A stretch of DNA of 63,098 nt, filler included, from Reticulomyxa filosa (lineage: Eukaryota; Protista; Foraminifera): the NCBI GenBank assembly GCA_000512085.1. It is 12 parts of 12 records of this genome, joined end to end, with 100 filler letters (N's around TTAATTAATTAA, not from the genome) between each part and the next. Parts side by side here need not be neighbours in the genome. Positions count along the whole stretch, not along the records: positions 17,721 to 27,494 come from ASPP01023093.1; positions 27,595 to 31,919 come from ASPP01021377.1; positions 32,020 to 35,203 come from ASPP01010401.1; positions 35,304 to 36,984 come from ASPP01038747.1; 8 more parts are not named here. One strand, 5' to 3'. The notes below the pieces were generated by a model. It saw nothing but the letters and a program-made list of their open reading frames with translations. It made no database searches and had not been told where the DNA came from. Both the position numbers and the translations under genes were made by a program. Numbering within the stretch: the stretch's first letter is position 1; each line of letters begins with the position of its first letter. This document shows, piece after piece, positions 24,166 through 37,084 of this stretch.

Positions 24166-25396
24166 TCAATTCATTACCTCCATCGATTCGCACCAAATCA
24201 AAGTGGTATCAGGCGCAGTAGTAATATCAAGGAAGCGATTTCCATTTAGCACAGAGCGTTCTAAATCAGATAATCCGACAATGATCAATCCGTCATGGAT
24301 GGAAGCCATAGATTTTTCGCTCGTAGGAGAAGTAGCAGTAGTAGTAGTAGCAGAAGTGGCGGGGACAGAAGAATTTTGGGATTCATCAAGGTCGCGTTTT
24401 CGAACGATGGTATTTCGTTTCGCACAGAAGCTATAACAATTTTCGATCAAAGAGACCTGACTCGAAATGTCTCGTCCCCAGCCCATGAAATACATAGTTT
24501 CTTCACCGACTTCGGGATATCGGTTTTTCACAATAACGAAAGAATGGAAATCGGAACAAGAGATTTTGGAAATGTAATACTTGTGATCATCGATATGAGG
24601 GTCTATGGATCGCAGCATATATGACAAAGAAAAGGACAGCCGAACATCGGCAGAGCGAGCATTTCGACTCGGAGCAGACCGAATACTACCCCATCCGTAG
24701 ATGTCATTTGTGCCGGTCAGCACTAACACGTAATTATGTCCACAATTTATATCTACTATTGACAATTGATTGTCTCTGAAAAACGTTATTTCGTTGATCA
24801 CGTCACTTCCGTTCATTGCGCCAATCCCTGATTGTTTTTATTTGTTCGTCTTTTGGTCGAACACGACCACAAACAACTGTTGGTTATAACAGTACAATTG
24901 AACTAACCTAGTTGACCACTTACATTGCTGCCAAATGTATACAACATGTTCGTCTCAGTAGAGGCTAATACACAATGGTGGGTCCCTTTTTTTTTTTTTT
25001 TTTTAATGTATTGTGTAGATAATAAATTTATCTCTATCCAACATTGACCTTCCCCCTCTTTGAACAAGGAAACTTCATTCTCCCTCTCCCTTCTTTTTTA
25101 TTCTTCACTGACTCTGAATTCTCCTCTCTATTTTTTTTTTTTTTTCCCCTACCCCTCTGTTCCGTGAAGAAGAAAATCAACCTGAGGCAAGCTTAGAAAT
25201 GATTTTGTCATCGAAATAGCGAATTCGGAACGGCGCAATAGCGGACTCGGATTCCGTTCCTCGCTGCTCCATCACTTGAGAGCAAATGCCATCCATTGTT
25301 CCGGCAAAGTACACGTTACGTTGCGCCGGATAAAAGTTGATTATCAATTGAATTAGTTCTTGTGGGAACATTGCATTAGTATCTATTTACACAAAC

Positions 25397-25429
<33 letters not shown>

Positions 25430-25882
25430 TGCATATATACATATATGTATATTTATGTATATCAAAAAAAACACAAAGAGAGAGAGAGAGAGAGAAACAA
25501 ACGTGGAGTAGGTTTGATGCAAACACGTGACCAGTGATTTAAGAGCGGAAAAGCTGAGAGGAGATGACATTGAGTTCGTGACATAGATAGATGGTGTAGT
25601 GTTTTCCGAGTCCGATATCATCGAGGACCAAAGACGTCGGTTTGGATTGAGTGGAGCATTGTTGGTACATGCAGGGGATGTTGGTGACGACAGGGCTGTA
25701 AGGCAAGACGGTGGGTGGATAGGACGTGAAGGGCGGGAGAGTTGAAGGCAATGACGGATGGCTTTGCAATGGCGATTGCGTTTGAGTCTGTGCTTGTGTT
25801 TGTGTTTGTATTTGTACTTGAGTCTGTGGTTGCGTTTGTACTTGGGCTTGGGCTTGAGCTTGAGCTTGACCTTGACCTTGAG

Positions 25883-25919
<37 letters not shown>

Positions 25920-26860
25920 TTGGGCTTGAGCTTGAAGTGGTTGTTGAGAGAGGGGAAGAGTCAAGGACAGAGAAGAAGATGAAGAAAGTAAAAGAGATTG
26001 AAATAATTGGAATTGGGACGGATCTGGCGATGGAGGTGGCAAAGACAAAGAGGAATGATGGGAGTTATGTTCTTGTCCGTGATTAACAGTAGCAACAGCT
26101 GCGACTGTTGCATTGACTGCAGCTGTCGTGTGAACGGAGTTGTCGACAGCGGCGTGAACAACGCCCAATTGGTTCCAACGATTCTTACCAAAGCCAAAGA
26201 GAAAGTCTCCGCGACAATTCTCGGGCAGCAATGGCATACGCTTATGCTTGGAGTCGCTTCGCACAGCATACGGCCTGGCTTGGATGAACACGTGCTCGCT
26301 GCTCTCGCTGCTGAATACTCGGTCGATGCACAGGTTGGCATCGCGGAAATACGTAACCACCTCACAGTTTGTGTTGTACATGTACAATACATTGTCCTCG
26401 CTTACCAGGATTATCATGTACCAGCATTTGCAGATTTGCTTTATTCGGATCTCTTCCTTGTTCACGTTCCAGTTCGCATCAATGTTCTGCAGGTAATTCC
26501 TGTCATCCGAATTTGGCACTGGTGACACTGATCCTGGGCCACCTTGTTACAAACCCCCCCCCAAAAATTTCTTTTCTTCTTCTTCTTCTTATTTATGTAT
26601 ATATGCATTACTTTCTTCTTTTTTTGGCAAGCCTAACTTATTAATGAACAGTTCTTCTTTTGTCCACATGCATACAAAGTGTGCCGGTTCGTCAAACACA
26701 AACTATCCCTCTTTCGCTGCGTCCGAAGAGGCGAACTATACAAAGCGAAATAGTCGCTTTGGTCATCCAGCGACATCATATCATCGTCGTTCAAACGCCG
26801 ACGCTTTCGACTTGGAAAGCCAGGCAGGTCGTCATTGTCCAAAGATCTTTTTGTACCCAT
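24166..26860 (-). CDS. RCC1/BLIP-II-like repeat protein with internal linker box and (QG)n/(QA)n tract; one apparent 1-nt frameshift near 25548
   Basis: ATG 26860 MGTKRS...RKRRRL (NLS-like); RCC1-type motifs LYACG, FGFGKNRWNQLG, DIGLGKHYTIYL, DINCGHNYVLVLT, ISCSDFHSFV, MGWGRD. Multi-exon. Confidence 0.75.
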
Positions 26861-27594
26861 TTTGATCAAACAACTTAAATTGATGATAATCTCGTAGGGG
26901 TTTTTTAAATAAAAATAAACTTTTGCACTTTTCAAAAACTCGCTTTGCTAGTCAGTAGTCAAATTTATTTTTTTTTTAATACAGTGAGCATCTTTTTTCC
27001 CCCTCATATGAATTATTAAGTATGTGGTGATAATAAGGAAGATGTCAGCGATTTTTTGTTGTCTATCAATACAGTACATTTTTCAAACAAAATTTAAAAT
27101 ATTCACCATAAATTTCACAGCTACTGTGCGAATTTATACCAAAAAATAGTGGTTGGCTTATCTTTAAATAATGGCGAATAAGAAGGATTATTACTGTGTC
27201 CCGAAAAAAGATTTCATTAACATGCAAAAACGCATAAAATTTTTTAAAAGTAGTGACGGATCGAAAGCCAAATAAACAAAACCCTTGGGAAAAGAAAAAA
27301 CAAGGAAAGGAAAGAGAGGGAAAATTGGTCGTATATTCGTAAGTCAACACTAAACGAATGGATCATGACAGGAATGGAGAATATGTACGAGAATGGACAG
27401 CCTTTTTCGGAAAGGATCACGACAGATGAAAAATTGTACGAATATATAAGGAAGAAATTTGAACGACAAATTAATGAGAAAAAAAAAACAAAAANNNNNN
27501 NNNNNNNNNNNNNNNNNNNNNNNNNNNNNNNNNNNNNNTTAATTAATTAANNNNNNNNNNNNNNNNNNNNNNNNNNNNNNNNNNNNNNNNNNNN

Positions 27595-27630
<36 letters not shown>

Positions 27631-27652
27631 CAAAAAAATAAAACAAGCATAC

Positions 27653-28363
27653 AATGATACAATGTGCTCCTCCTTTTTTCAATTAAATTTTTTTCCCACG
27701 TATTTAATTAAAAAGCAGGGGGTCCAAAGAAAATTTCATTTCCGATTGAACCATACCAATGTTACATATGCGGTATGTATATATGTGATATGTATCGTAA
27801 ATTTCCTGAAATAACTGTATTTACAAAAAAAAAAAAAAAAAAGACAATGTTGCTAATTTCATACGGTAATAGCTTGTGGTGATATTTTGAAATCTTTCTT
27901 GTCCTATTTTTTTAAAATATTCATTTCATTATATGTTTACTTTCTATTTACTTTGGGGAAAAAAACAACACAGTTTTTAGTACCTGCAGTGTCCCATATT
28001 TGCAACTTGACTGTCTTACCATTAATTTCCAGTGTCTTGATCTCAAAATCTACCCCAATTGTGCTAATGTAATCTCCAGTCACTTGGCCAGTCTTTTTGT
28101 TTGTTGTTTTGCTTGCTCTTATTTGCACTTTTTGCTTTTTTTTCCTCCCTTTTGTTTGTGTTATTTATCACCGAACTGCAAAACGCTTCAGTAAAGAGGA
28201 TTTTCCTACTCCTGAGTCCCCAACCATTACCACTTTTAACAAATAATCACTGTGCTTGCAAAGAGCCCCAAGAAAAACAATATTTTTATTCTACAGAATA
28301 TTTCAAATAGAATTGCAGAAATAACAAAAAAAGTAATGCTTACTATTCAGTAGTGCCGGTCAT
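27653..28363 (-). CDS. RAB1: Rab1-like small GTPase (first five exons; 3' end lost at contig break)
   Basis: Spliced: MTGTTEY|[24 protein letters not shown]|[37 protein letters not shown]|[13 protein letters not shown]|GAHCII; all junctions GT-AG and in frame. Confidence 0.88.
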
Positions 28364-29279
28364 GTCTTGTATTAATACAATTCAAGATTTCTTTAATTAA
28401 TTATGGAAAAAACTGCCGCACCCCCAAGTGCTGTCTCGCTCGTAAACTCTAGCGGATCACTTGATTGTTCGTTTTTACATTACTCTCAAAGTTGTTCTAT
28501 TTGCACAGATACTTGTTAATTTGAATAATAATGCGGTCAAAACGTGTATCTTTTTTTTCCGTCACACTATACAAACACTGAAAGTACTCTCATTTTTTTG
28601 TAAAGCACGATTTGAAATTAGTTTAGTAATCTAACATAAAAAAACAACTTTTCCAATATTTGTGATGTCACTAACATTGATTAGAAATTGACAATGAAAA
28701 AAAATTGTTTGTTGGTGTTGAAGAGCACATTTTATCTTTTTTCCCTTTTTTTTAGTTGACTCTCGGTCGAGTCCCACACAAAATTTCATTTTTCTTTCCT
28801 TTTTCAATTTAATTTCATGTTATGTGGCCATAGACTCAGTCGTTGAAAATAAGTGGATGAAAACATTAACTTACGTTTGATCTCGTTTCCTCCTCCCCTG
28901 GAAAAGCAATTTTTTTAAACTTAAAGTTTTTTTTCAATTACTTATTTCTGTTCAGTCGTTTTTATTTGCTGATTTTTAAATTATTGAAAAATTTCATGTT
29001 ATCACAAAAATGTAACATTTTAAATAAAAAAAGTATAAAAATCATTTCATTTTATTAATTTCATCTTTTATCTTAACACTAAATAGCAAATTAATTACCC
29101 AATCCAGAAAGGACATAGCACTCCAAAAAAAAAAAGAGAATCACAGTCTTTTGCATTATATCTTTTAGATTTGTAAAGGTTTTTGTGATAGAAATTTATA
29201 TTTTGTTTTTTGTTTTTTTTTTGTATTGCTCGCAGTGTTCATATTTTCCTTTTTGTTTCTACTACATATTTCACGAGTT

Positions 29280-30450
29280 CTTGCGATACTTTGATTCGTG
29301 TAGCAGGGTCACATGTATTTGATCCTACTACTAAATTTTTTAATTTTCATTTATATCCGGAATAAGAGACTTGACTTTTGAAAACAAGTCTTTTCTTATA
29401 TTATTATATTGTACGTATTTCATCAGATAATGTTCTACTTACTATATTTCATGTTCGCATACTTTGCATTCAGGTGCATATGATTTTTTAATGAATATAG
29501 ATATTCGTTCAACTATACTTTGACTGAGATTATTCTGCATATAATTCTGTATTTATGTACTTGGAGTCGATGTAGTAAACTCTTTTCAAGCGATAAAGCT
29601 TCTGTTAAAGTTAGTATGAATTTTTTTGAATGTATTTGTTGTATTATTTCTCCAACATTATTTATCAAATTCGGTTAAATAAAATAGCAATGTTTTGGTT
29701 CAATCCTTTTATTTTAATAATATTTGTTGTATTTTCAAATTCTTTGCTTAATTTTGTTGTCGAGACTACACTTTCATACTGTCACGTTTGTTTATAATAT
29801 CTGCTTTTTCATTTACTGGTATTTTATATTTTAATTTGATCCAATATATTTCAGGTGATGAATCCACTACAAGGTTATTTAACACGTTTTGACAATCTTT
29901 AAATTGATTTTCATATGTACATAAATTGTTTTTTATTAAATCAATAACAAATTTGCGATCGCTTAATAATATTTCTTTTTTGTACATATTCAAAAGCATG
30001 TTTTATTGCATATATATCGCATTCGATGTTTGTAACGATCTCATTAATACTGTATTTAATTTATATCAATTTTCTGAATGATTTATCTTAATGATTATTC
30101 TGATTCCTCCAAAACCTATGTTCAGAAATGTACTTCTATCTACATATATAACAACTTAGTCCCTTTGTAGTGTTGCTACTATTTCTTCTGAATAATGCTA
30201 TGTATGTTGTAGAAAAGGACTTTTATTGAATGATGAATTTTTTTTCCTTTGTGATAGTGGTATATTGTGGCATTGACGTTTGTCTGGCATAACATGTGGG
30301 ATTCGTGCTTCATATGCATGAATACATGCTCTTGATAGTGTAGATAATTTTCCTTCCCAACAAAAGAACTATCAATTTAGGACTATATGGTTTTCTTCCA
30401 ATAATTTGTAGGCAATTGACAGATCTTTTTAATCATATTCTCATATAATG
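29280..30450 (-). mobile_element. Decayed non-LTR (LINE-like) retrotransposon, 3' part of ORF2
   Basis: STFLNIGFGGIRI (like the GGLGL motif after the RT domain) near 30100-30130; APECKVCEHEI**VEHYLMK (CxxC...ETVEHYL cys-his motif) near 29420-29480; many stops. Confidence 0.5.
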
Positions 30451-30665
30451 CTAAATCAAGTTGCAGCATCGCTGAAAAAGATAATCAAGACAAGTACCGT
30501 TTAGTTTTGACCTAAAACTAACGCAATTATAATATTGGAACAAAAGACGTTAGCTGTGTTTGCTGTCTTTAACAAAAGAGTTGTAAAAGTAAAGTTACAC
30601 ACCCCAAAAATCATTATAATTTTTCCAAACTGAAATCGCCTTTTTTCACAACATATATTGATCAT

Positions 30666-31891
30666 ATGACTTCTCGTCGTCTGAAACATCAGAAATGTCA
30701 AAATCCTGCCAACACATTGGAAACATATCTACGAAGCCGTGAGTACGTTCGACAAAAGCCACGGTCTCTGGTAACAAATCAATTAGCAACATTGTGCATT
30801 CATTAAGCATTATATATAACTTGTGCAAATCCTCTCTCAATTTTTTTCCAATCCGTTTCCATTGGAAAAAGCAGTAAAAGTTGTATTTGTTTGTATGGCA
30901 GTCCAGTCAGATTTCCATGAATGTTTGTGTAAAGACTATGCAGTGTGTTCAAGTATAAGTGTGAACTCTCCAGTGTACAATGTAGCGTTTTCGCCTCATC
31001 GCTGTCACGTATTGGCAGTGGCGACCCACAATGGGAACTTGACACTGGTGGATACATACCGTTTGCCCAGTCATCAAAAAGTCGTTCAGCTCAGTTGTGA
31101 AGCATCAATGAAAAGAGTGCACGAATTTTCTGATTTTTTCAAAGCCAGAAAAAGGGGGGGGGGAGGGGGGAGAAAATTTGTATATGTATATATGTATATA
31201 TGTATATGAATTGTGTGTATGTGAAATAATACAACAAGCAGAAGTGCACCGAACGAGCCCAACAAATATAATAACTTGGCGTAATGAGAATGAGTTGTTT
31301 ACTGCTTCCGACGACAACACAATTGTGCACGTGGATATCCGCAAGATATCAGACAGGAAGCAAAATGAGAGCAAAGAGCCATGGGTGATTCATCGTTTCG
31401 ATGGGAAAGCTCGAAACCTCGGTTGGATGAAAAATGTGGAAGTAGTGAGTGATCAGTACATAATGAGCTTCAGCAGCATGAATGGAAGTCGCAGCCGATT
31501 TCCGTCGACCGTGGTGTTGTGGGACGTGATCAACCAACAGTACGTACAAACGCTGCTGCAAGGCTGTTTCATTCGTATGAAATATAACAACATTCGAAAA
31601 CAACTTTATTTGGCAAGCGAAGGCTCTTTGGTCATGATCGACGACTGGGATTTACAACCCTTTTTTTTGCAGGCCAAGACAAGACCTCGAGTCATCCCGC
31701 CTTGCATGTACGACGAAGACGCCTTTGGCATGCCCTGCGCACGTCGACGTTCGACGTCCTCTCCAGATCCTGTCGACTCTCGCTCTTGCTTTTTGGCTTT
31801 TCCCAAAGACTGCTTCAACTCTGGCATGCAAGGGAACCGCAATTGCTTGGAAGTGTTAGAATATGCAAATGTCTGTCGTAACTCTTTGCAG
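30666..31891 (+). CDS. DCAF10: WD40 protein, DCAF10/WDR32-like (5' part; truncated at contig end)
   Basis: VYNVAFSP matches VFNLEYSP; FTASDDNTIVHVDIRK matches FATCSDDTTIALWDLRK; GWMKNVE matches SWVKNIE; FIRMK matches LMRMR; GSLVMIDDWDL matches GYLLILHDLDL; RNCLEVL matches RNSLEVL (recalled). Confidence 0.7.
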
Positions 31892-32101
31892 GTCAGTATA
31901 TTGGTAATATATAAACAAANNNNNNNNNNNNNNNNNNNNNNNNNNNNNNNNNNNNNNNNNNNNTTAATTAATTAANNNNNNNNNNNNNNNNNNNNNNNNN
32001 NNNNNNNNNNNNNNNNNNNAAAGTCTCTTTCATTTTCAAACAGACAAATAACAAACTAATAAAATGACAATCCCTTCCCTTCCTCCCCTCTCCTCTTATA
32101 G

Positions 32102-33862
32102 TTGGAATGGAAAATGTTCCAGTTTGCAGAAAACAAACCGCTGTTGGAAGTATCGGTGGAAATGACGCTGCTTCCGGACGACGAGCTGATAGCGGACGAC
32201 AAGAAGGACGGCAAGAAGGGCAAGAAGGATAAGGACAAGAAGAAGAAAAAGAAAAAGAAGAAGGGAAGCGACGACGACGAGAGCGACGAGAGCGAGGATT
32301 CGGAAGACAGTGAGAGCAGTAGCGACAGTGACAGCGACAGCGAAAGCAATAGCGACAGTGACAGTGACGAAAGTGACAGCGAAAGTGAAAGCAGCAAACG
32401 CCACGGCAAAAAAAAAGCACGGGAAAAAATCATCGAAAAAAAAAGAGTGACAAAAAAAATCAAAACAGCCTGAAAAAGTTTGGAACGACCTGTTGTCACA
32501 AATCGGACAGAACGAAATGGGTATAGATTTTAACGTCAACAACATTGGAGCAGGGTTGGGCAACATTAACGATCTGAACGTGCTCGCCGACTCGGGCTTG
32601 CTTTTGCCCGGCATGGTGGACTCTTTAAAGGAGCAACTGAGCAAAAAGCAAAAAGGCAAAAAAGAAAAGCGAGACAAAGATAAGAGCAAAGGCAAAAGTC
32701 CATCTCGTGATACAATCACAGGCTCCAAAACGGGAACAGGAACAGGAACGGGAGCGGAAGCGGAAGCAGAGGCTGAAGTCGACGAAAAAGAACAGGGCCA
32801 ATTGGGTCAATTAAAGAACAATACCGTCGAAATGGACCCATTCAAACTGGTTATGAAGTATCCTGATTTGCAATGGAAAGAAGTTGAAAACGTGCAATTA
32901 ACTGGCAAACGTGCCAAAAAGGCGTGGAAAAAATTAAAACAAAAAGGCGACAAGGAGGACGCCAAAGACAAAAAGAAACACAAAAAGAAACATAAAAAAG
33001 ATGACAACAAACAAGCCGAAGAAAAGGAGGACGAAGCAAGAGACAATGACAAAAATAAATACTGGCTTACCATCCAAGGCTTGAAGGATAACCACGTATA
33101 CTTGCTTCGAATGCGCGTTCGCAATGAAAGTGGCTGGAGTCATTACAGCGACCTGGTTCGTGTCCAAATCCCTAAACAAACCATTGATTCCAAAATCATC
33201 AAAACATTGGAGGAAAAGGCCACTTTGGTCCATTGGCTGCCCAAACATTTTCGACATCGCAAATGGAAGCTCTTGTTCCGTGCTTCCAAACATGGGTTTC
33301 AATCGTATCAATTTCATATGAAATGTGACAATAAGAAAAATCCTACCGTTGGTAAAATATATTTATATTTATATTTATATTTATATATGTATATATATAT
33401 ATTTGACTTGTCTTGGTAATCATACAAATATGGTACACAGTAATCGTAGAGTCGACACTAAAACATGTATTTGGTGGCTTTACAACGGTGCCATGGAGTC
33501 AAAATGGCAACTACGGCTATGATCCCAAATCTTTCATTTTCAAATTGCGTGAATCTGGAATGGACAAACCCAAGTGGAAGAAACAATACAAGCAAATGCA
33601 AAAAACTTTTGGAAAGCAACTGTGGCGCATCCCTGGTAAATTTGACTGCACACAGCCTTCTACTTCCACTAACAACGGAGTCGGCTACGGGCCTACCTTT
33701 GGTGGAGGGCATGACTTCTACATTTGCAACATGAGCAACACTCAAAGTGGAAGCTATTCCAACGCCGGTAATTCTTTCGCCTGTCCTGTCAGCAACATGT
33801 TCTTGGCTGGAGGATACAACTTCATGACGAAAGAATATGAGGTGTTTGAATTAAGAAAATAA
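32102..33862 (+). CDS. FN3-like + TLDc domain protein (3' part), with poly-A indel frameshift(s) at 32408-32460
   Basis: TLDc: WKLLFRASKHGFQSYQFHMKCDNK..TV|VIVES...VFGGFT...SFIF...GPTFGGGHDF...FMTKEYEVF. FN3 C-terminal strands: LTIQGLKDNHVYLLRMRVRNESGWSHYS. Confidence 0.85.
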
Positions 33863-33893
33863 AAGTGTTTGTGATTTTTCCGAAACTGAGAAG

Positions 33894-33933
<40 letters not shown>

Positions 33934-34489
33934 AAACAAAGTCGGGAAGGGGCAAAAACAAATTTTTCCATACAAAACTAGATCACTTCATCAACCCGAT
34001 TTACTTTTGTTTTTTAATTTGTGAAATAATAATTTGGAAACGCAAAAAATATATATATAATACTCACAAGAATTTTTGTTTCAATGTTTTCAGAGATTTA
34101 ATTATATCTCTTTTCTTTAATATTTGTTTACTGATTTGAACAATGAAATAAATTGTTTAGCTTCCAAAATATATTTTGGAAACTTTCAATTGTTACATAA
34201 ATTGGGTCAGACTAAAAGATATTGATAATTAACAAATTGTTTTCTGTTCATGGTCAGTGTCTATACTCTTTGCCTTTTCCAACTACAGTTTACTTTTTAA
34301 ACAGAACATCTTCACTCATACCATAATATTCAACCAAACACAACACTTTTTGACTAGCTACGTAATCAACAATCACATACTTGTTCAATTAACTTATTGA
34401 AACGTTACATAACTAAATTTTCTTTTTTGATTACAGAACTTGTGAGACAGAAAAGAAATGATGGAGCATCTATTTTTTAACGGACAAGT

Positions 34490-34821
34490 CGTTGTTGCTT
34501 TGAAAAGTGCGATAACAAGCAATGATTACAGAAAGAGAGGATAAAAAAAACGGAAGCGCACTCCGCCCCCTTATGTTCATGGTCCCTTTTTTCAACTTTG
34601 TTTGGAGTTTATTCCTATAAAAATGCAATAATGGCTCTTTGCTTTGCCAAATCACACTCAATGCAATCTTAAAAATTTAAGTCAAAAATATATAATACTT
34701 TTTTCCTTAGAAGTTTAAAAAAAAGGGGTAATGAACGTTAAGGTGGACGGTGAGCTTCCATTTTTTTTATCCTCTCTTTCTATAATCATTGCTTGTTATT
34801 GCACTTTTCAAAGCAACATCG
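34490..34821. repeat. Imperfect inverted repeat (arms ~34490-34598 and ~34711-34821, ~110-nt spacer)
   Basis: The reverse complement of ~34493-34557 matches 34754-34818 (GCTTCC[G/A]TTTTTTTTATCCTCTCTTTCT[G/A]TAATCATTGCTTGTTAT[C/T]GCACTTTTCAAAGCAACA) with 3 transitions; the inner parts match more loosely. Confidence 0.9.
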
Positions 34822-35303
34822 TTCTATTCAGCGAGCAAGTTTCGTCCACGTGGTTTACTTTGTCCTGCTAGCGTTACTTTCACTAACTCAAGAAAGTGCA
34901 AATTATAAATGATTATTTCGTTATCAATGAAAGAAAATTCTTCATAACATTGATGGTTATGTGACAAAAATAGTTTTCGTAATTCTTCTTCTAGTTTTCC
35001 TCGAGATTAGGAAAAATCAACCAAAAAGGTACTTGAGACCATGATACAGTATCCATTTCGCAAACGTTTTGCATTTTCGTTTTGAACGTTAGGAAGACAA
35101 CGTTGTTTAAAATATTACTTGGACTTTGAGAAACAAAAGAGAGAAAAGATTAAAAGAAATGGAAGCCTGCAACAAAAAGTAAAAAAAAAGACAAAAAAAA
35201 AAANNNNNNNNNNNNNNNNNNNNNNNNNNNNNNNNNNNNNNNNNNNNTTAATTAATTAANNNNNNNNNNNNNNNNNNNNNNNNNNNNNNNNNNNNNNNNN
35301 NNN

Positions 35304-36737
35304 CGTATTGGACATGCCTTTTCCGTTCATTACAAATTGCAAAAGTATCTTTTGCAATGTGAAACCAGCGATGAAATCATAACAAACGAAGCAATCACTA
35401 CTTTGCAATGGGATAACACCCAAGAGATAAATCAACGACCTCGTAACAATTCGTTTCAAGACACCAAACAATTGGAACAACTTTTGCAACATAAATACAT
35501 ATTCGGTGTCACTAGTGTGTCCGCTGGTTCGAGTCCGATCTTGCACAATATGCGCTTTGACTATTGTCTAGTCGATGAAGCTGGCCAGGTTTACATATTT
35601 TATGTGTTTATTTCTTTCTCTCCTTTCTCTCTGCCAAATTGTTAGCAAATGCAACAAAATGGACAAACAGTTGACTGAGCCGCAAGTGTTGGGGCCGATT
35701 CGAAAAGCGCAACGATTTATTTTGGTTGGAGATAGCAATCAATTGCCTCCGTTAGTAAAAAATAAAATTGCCTTAAAAAATGGCATGAACATCTCATTAT
35801 TTCAAAGATTGTCCACTGCCAACTCACATTGTGTGGCATCCCTCAGTATTCAATATCGCATGAACGAAGATATCTTATCATTGGCCAATCAATTGATTTA
35901 TAAAAATCAAATGAAATGTGCCACCCTTGATGTCGCATCGCAGTCATTGTCTATTTCATCCTTGGACATTGCGCAACATCTTGACAAATGTCAATACAGT
36001 CAACAAATCAGAGAGTGGCTACGTTATGCATTGGATCCAAGCAAAAAAGTATTATTCTTCAAAAATACTTTTTTTTTCTCTCAATAAATCTTTTTTTTTT
36101 TTTTTTGGATGGGAGGGAATAATAGGTTGTATTCTTAAACACCGACAAGTTGTATCCAGTTGAAGATATCATGCCAAACAATGAAGCAAAAACGAATGCA
36201 AATGAAAAAGAAGCCGAAATTGTGAAACTGTGTGTAAACGGCTTGTTGGAATGCAATGTTAAGTCTTGTCAAATTGGAGTAATGTCACCTTTTGTCGCGC
36301 AATTGAAGATGATTGAAGCCAAATTGCAACAAATACGAGCACCAGTCTCGCCATCTCAGCAACGTCGATTTGAAAATAGCATTTACTCTCAAATTCTTCA
36401 TAACAGCCAAGGTATAAGCACTAATGTTGATCAAAACATGTTATTAGACACCATCGATCGCTTCCAAGGAAGAGACTGTGATGTTATCATTTTATCATTG
36501 AAACATACACCTTTGGATAGAAAAGTTGCGAGCATATTGCATGATTGGAGACGTGTCAATGTGGCACTGACACGCGCAAAAAAGAAATTAATTGTAATTG
36601 GAAGTGAAGCCTGTTTTTTGAATATAGCTCTCGAAAGTGACAAAGATGATGGCAATCGAAAGAATCTCATCATGAAACATTTGATGTTGTTTTTGGCACA
36701 AAAGTATCCTCACAACATTGCTCAAGTGTGTTTTTAA
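35304..36737 (+). CDS. DNA2: DNA2 nuclease/helicase, C-terminal SF1 helicase part (5' truncated)
   Basis: FDYCLVDEAGQ|LTEPQVLGPI, FILVGDSNQLPPLV, GMNISLFQRL, QYRMNEDILSLANQLIY, NEKEA, TIDRFQGRD, WRRVNVALTRAKKKLIVIGS. Confidence 0.88.
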
Positions 36738-37084
36738 ATGTAGTGGTTTGATTCTGTGTCTTTTTTTTTATTTAATTTACTTGATCAAAAATTTGGGAGG
36801 TGGAAAATATACAGTTGGTCATATTACGATTACATTAAGACACAATTTTTTTCTTTTTCCTTGCTGCCTCGTTTGTTGAAGTTCAACAAAAACAGTCCAT
36901 TTGCTAAAATTATATAACACCTTTCTTGGCAGAAACTTGTGGCAACATGCTTAGTTATTCCATAGTGTATCCGAGTGTACTCATNNNNNNNNNNNNNNNN
37001 NNNNNNNNNNNNNNNNNNNNNNNNNNNNTTAATTAATTAANNNNNNNNNNNNNNNNNNNNNNNNNNNNNNNNNNNNNNNNNNNN

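Noticed and set aside
27365-27494. Short ORF MTGMENMYENGQPFSERITTDEKLYEYI at the contig end
   Set aside because: May be a real first exon, but it is too short and truncated to assign.
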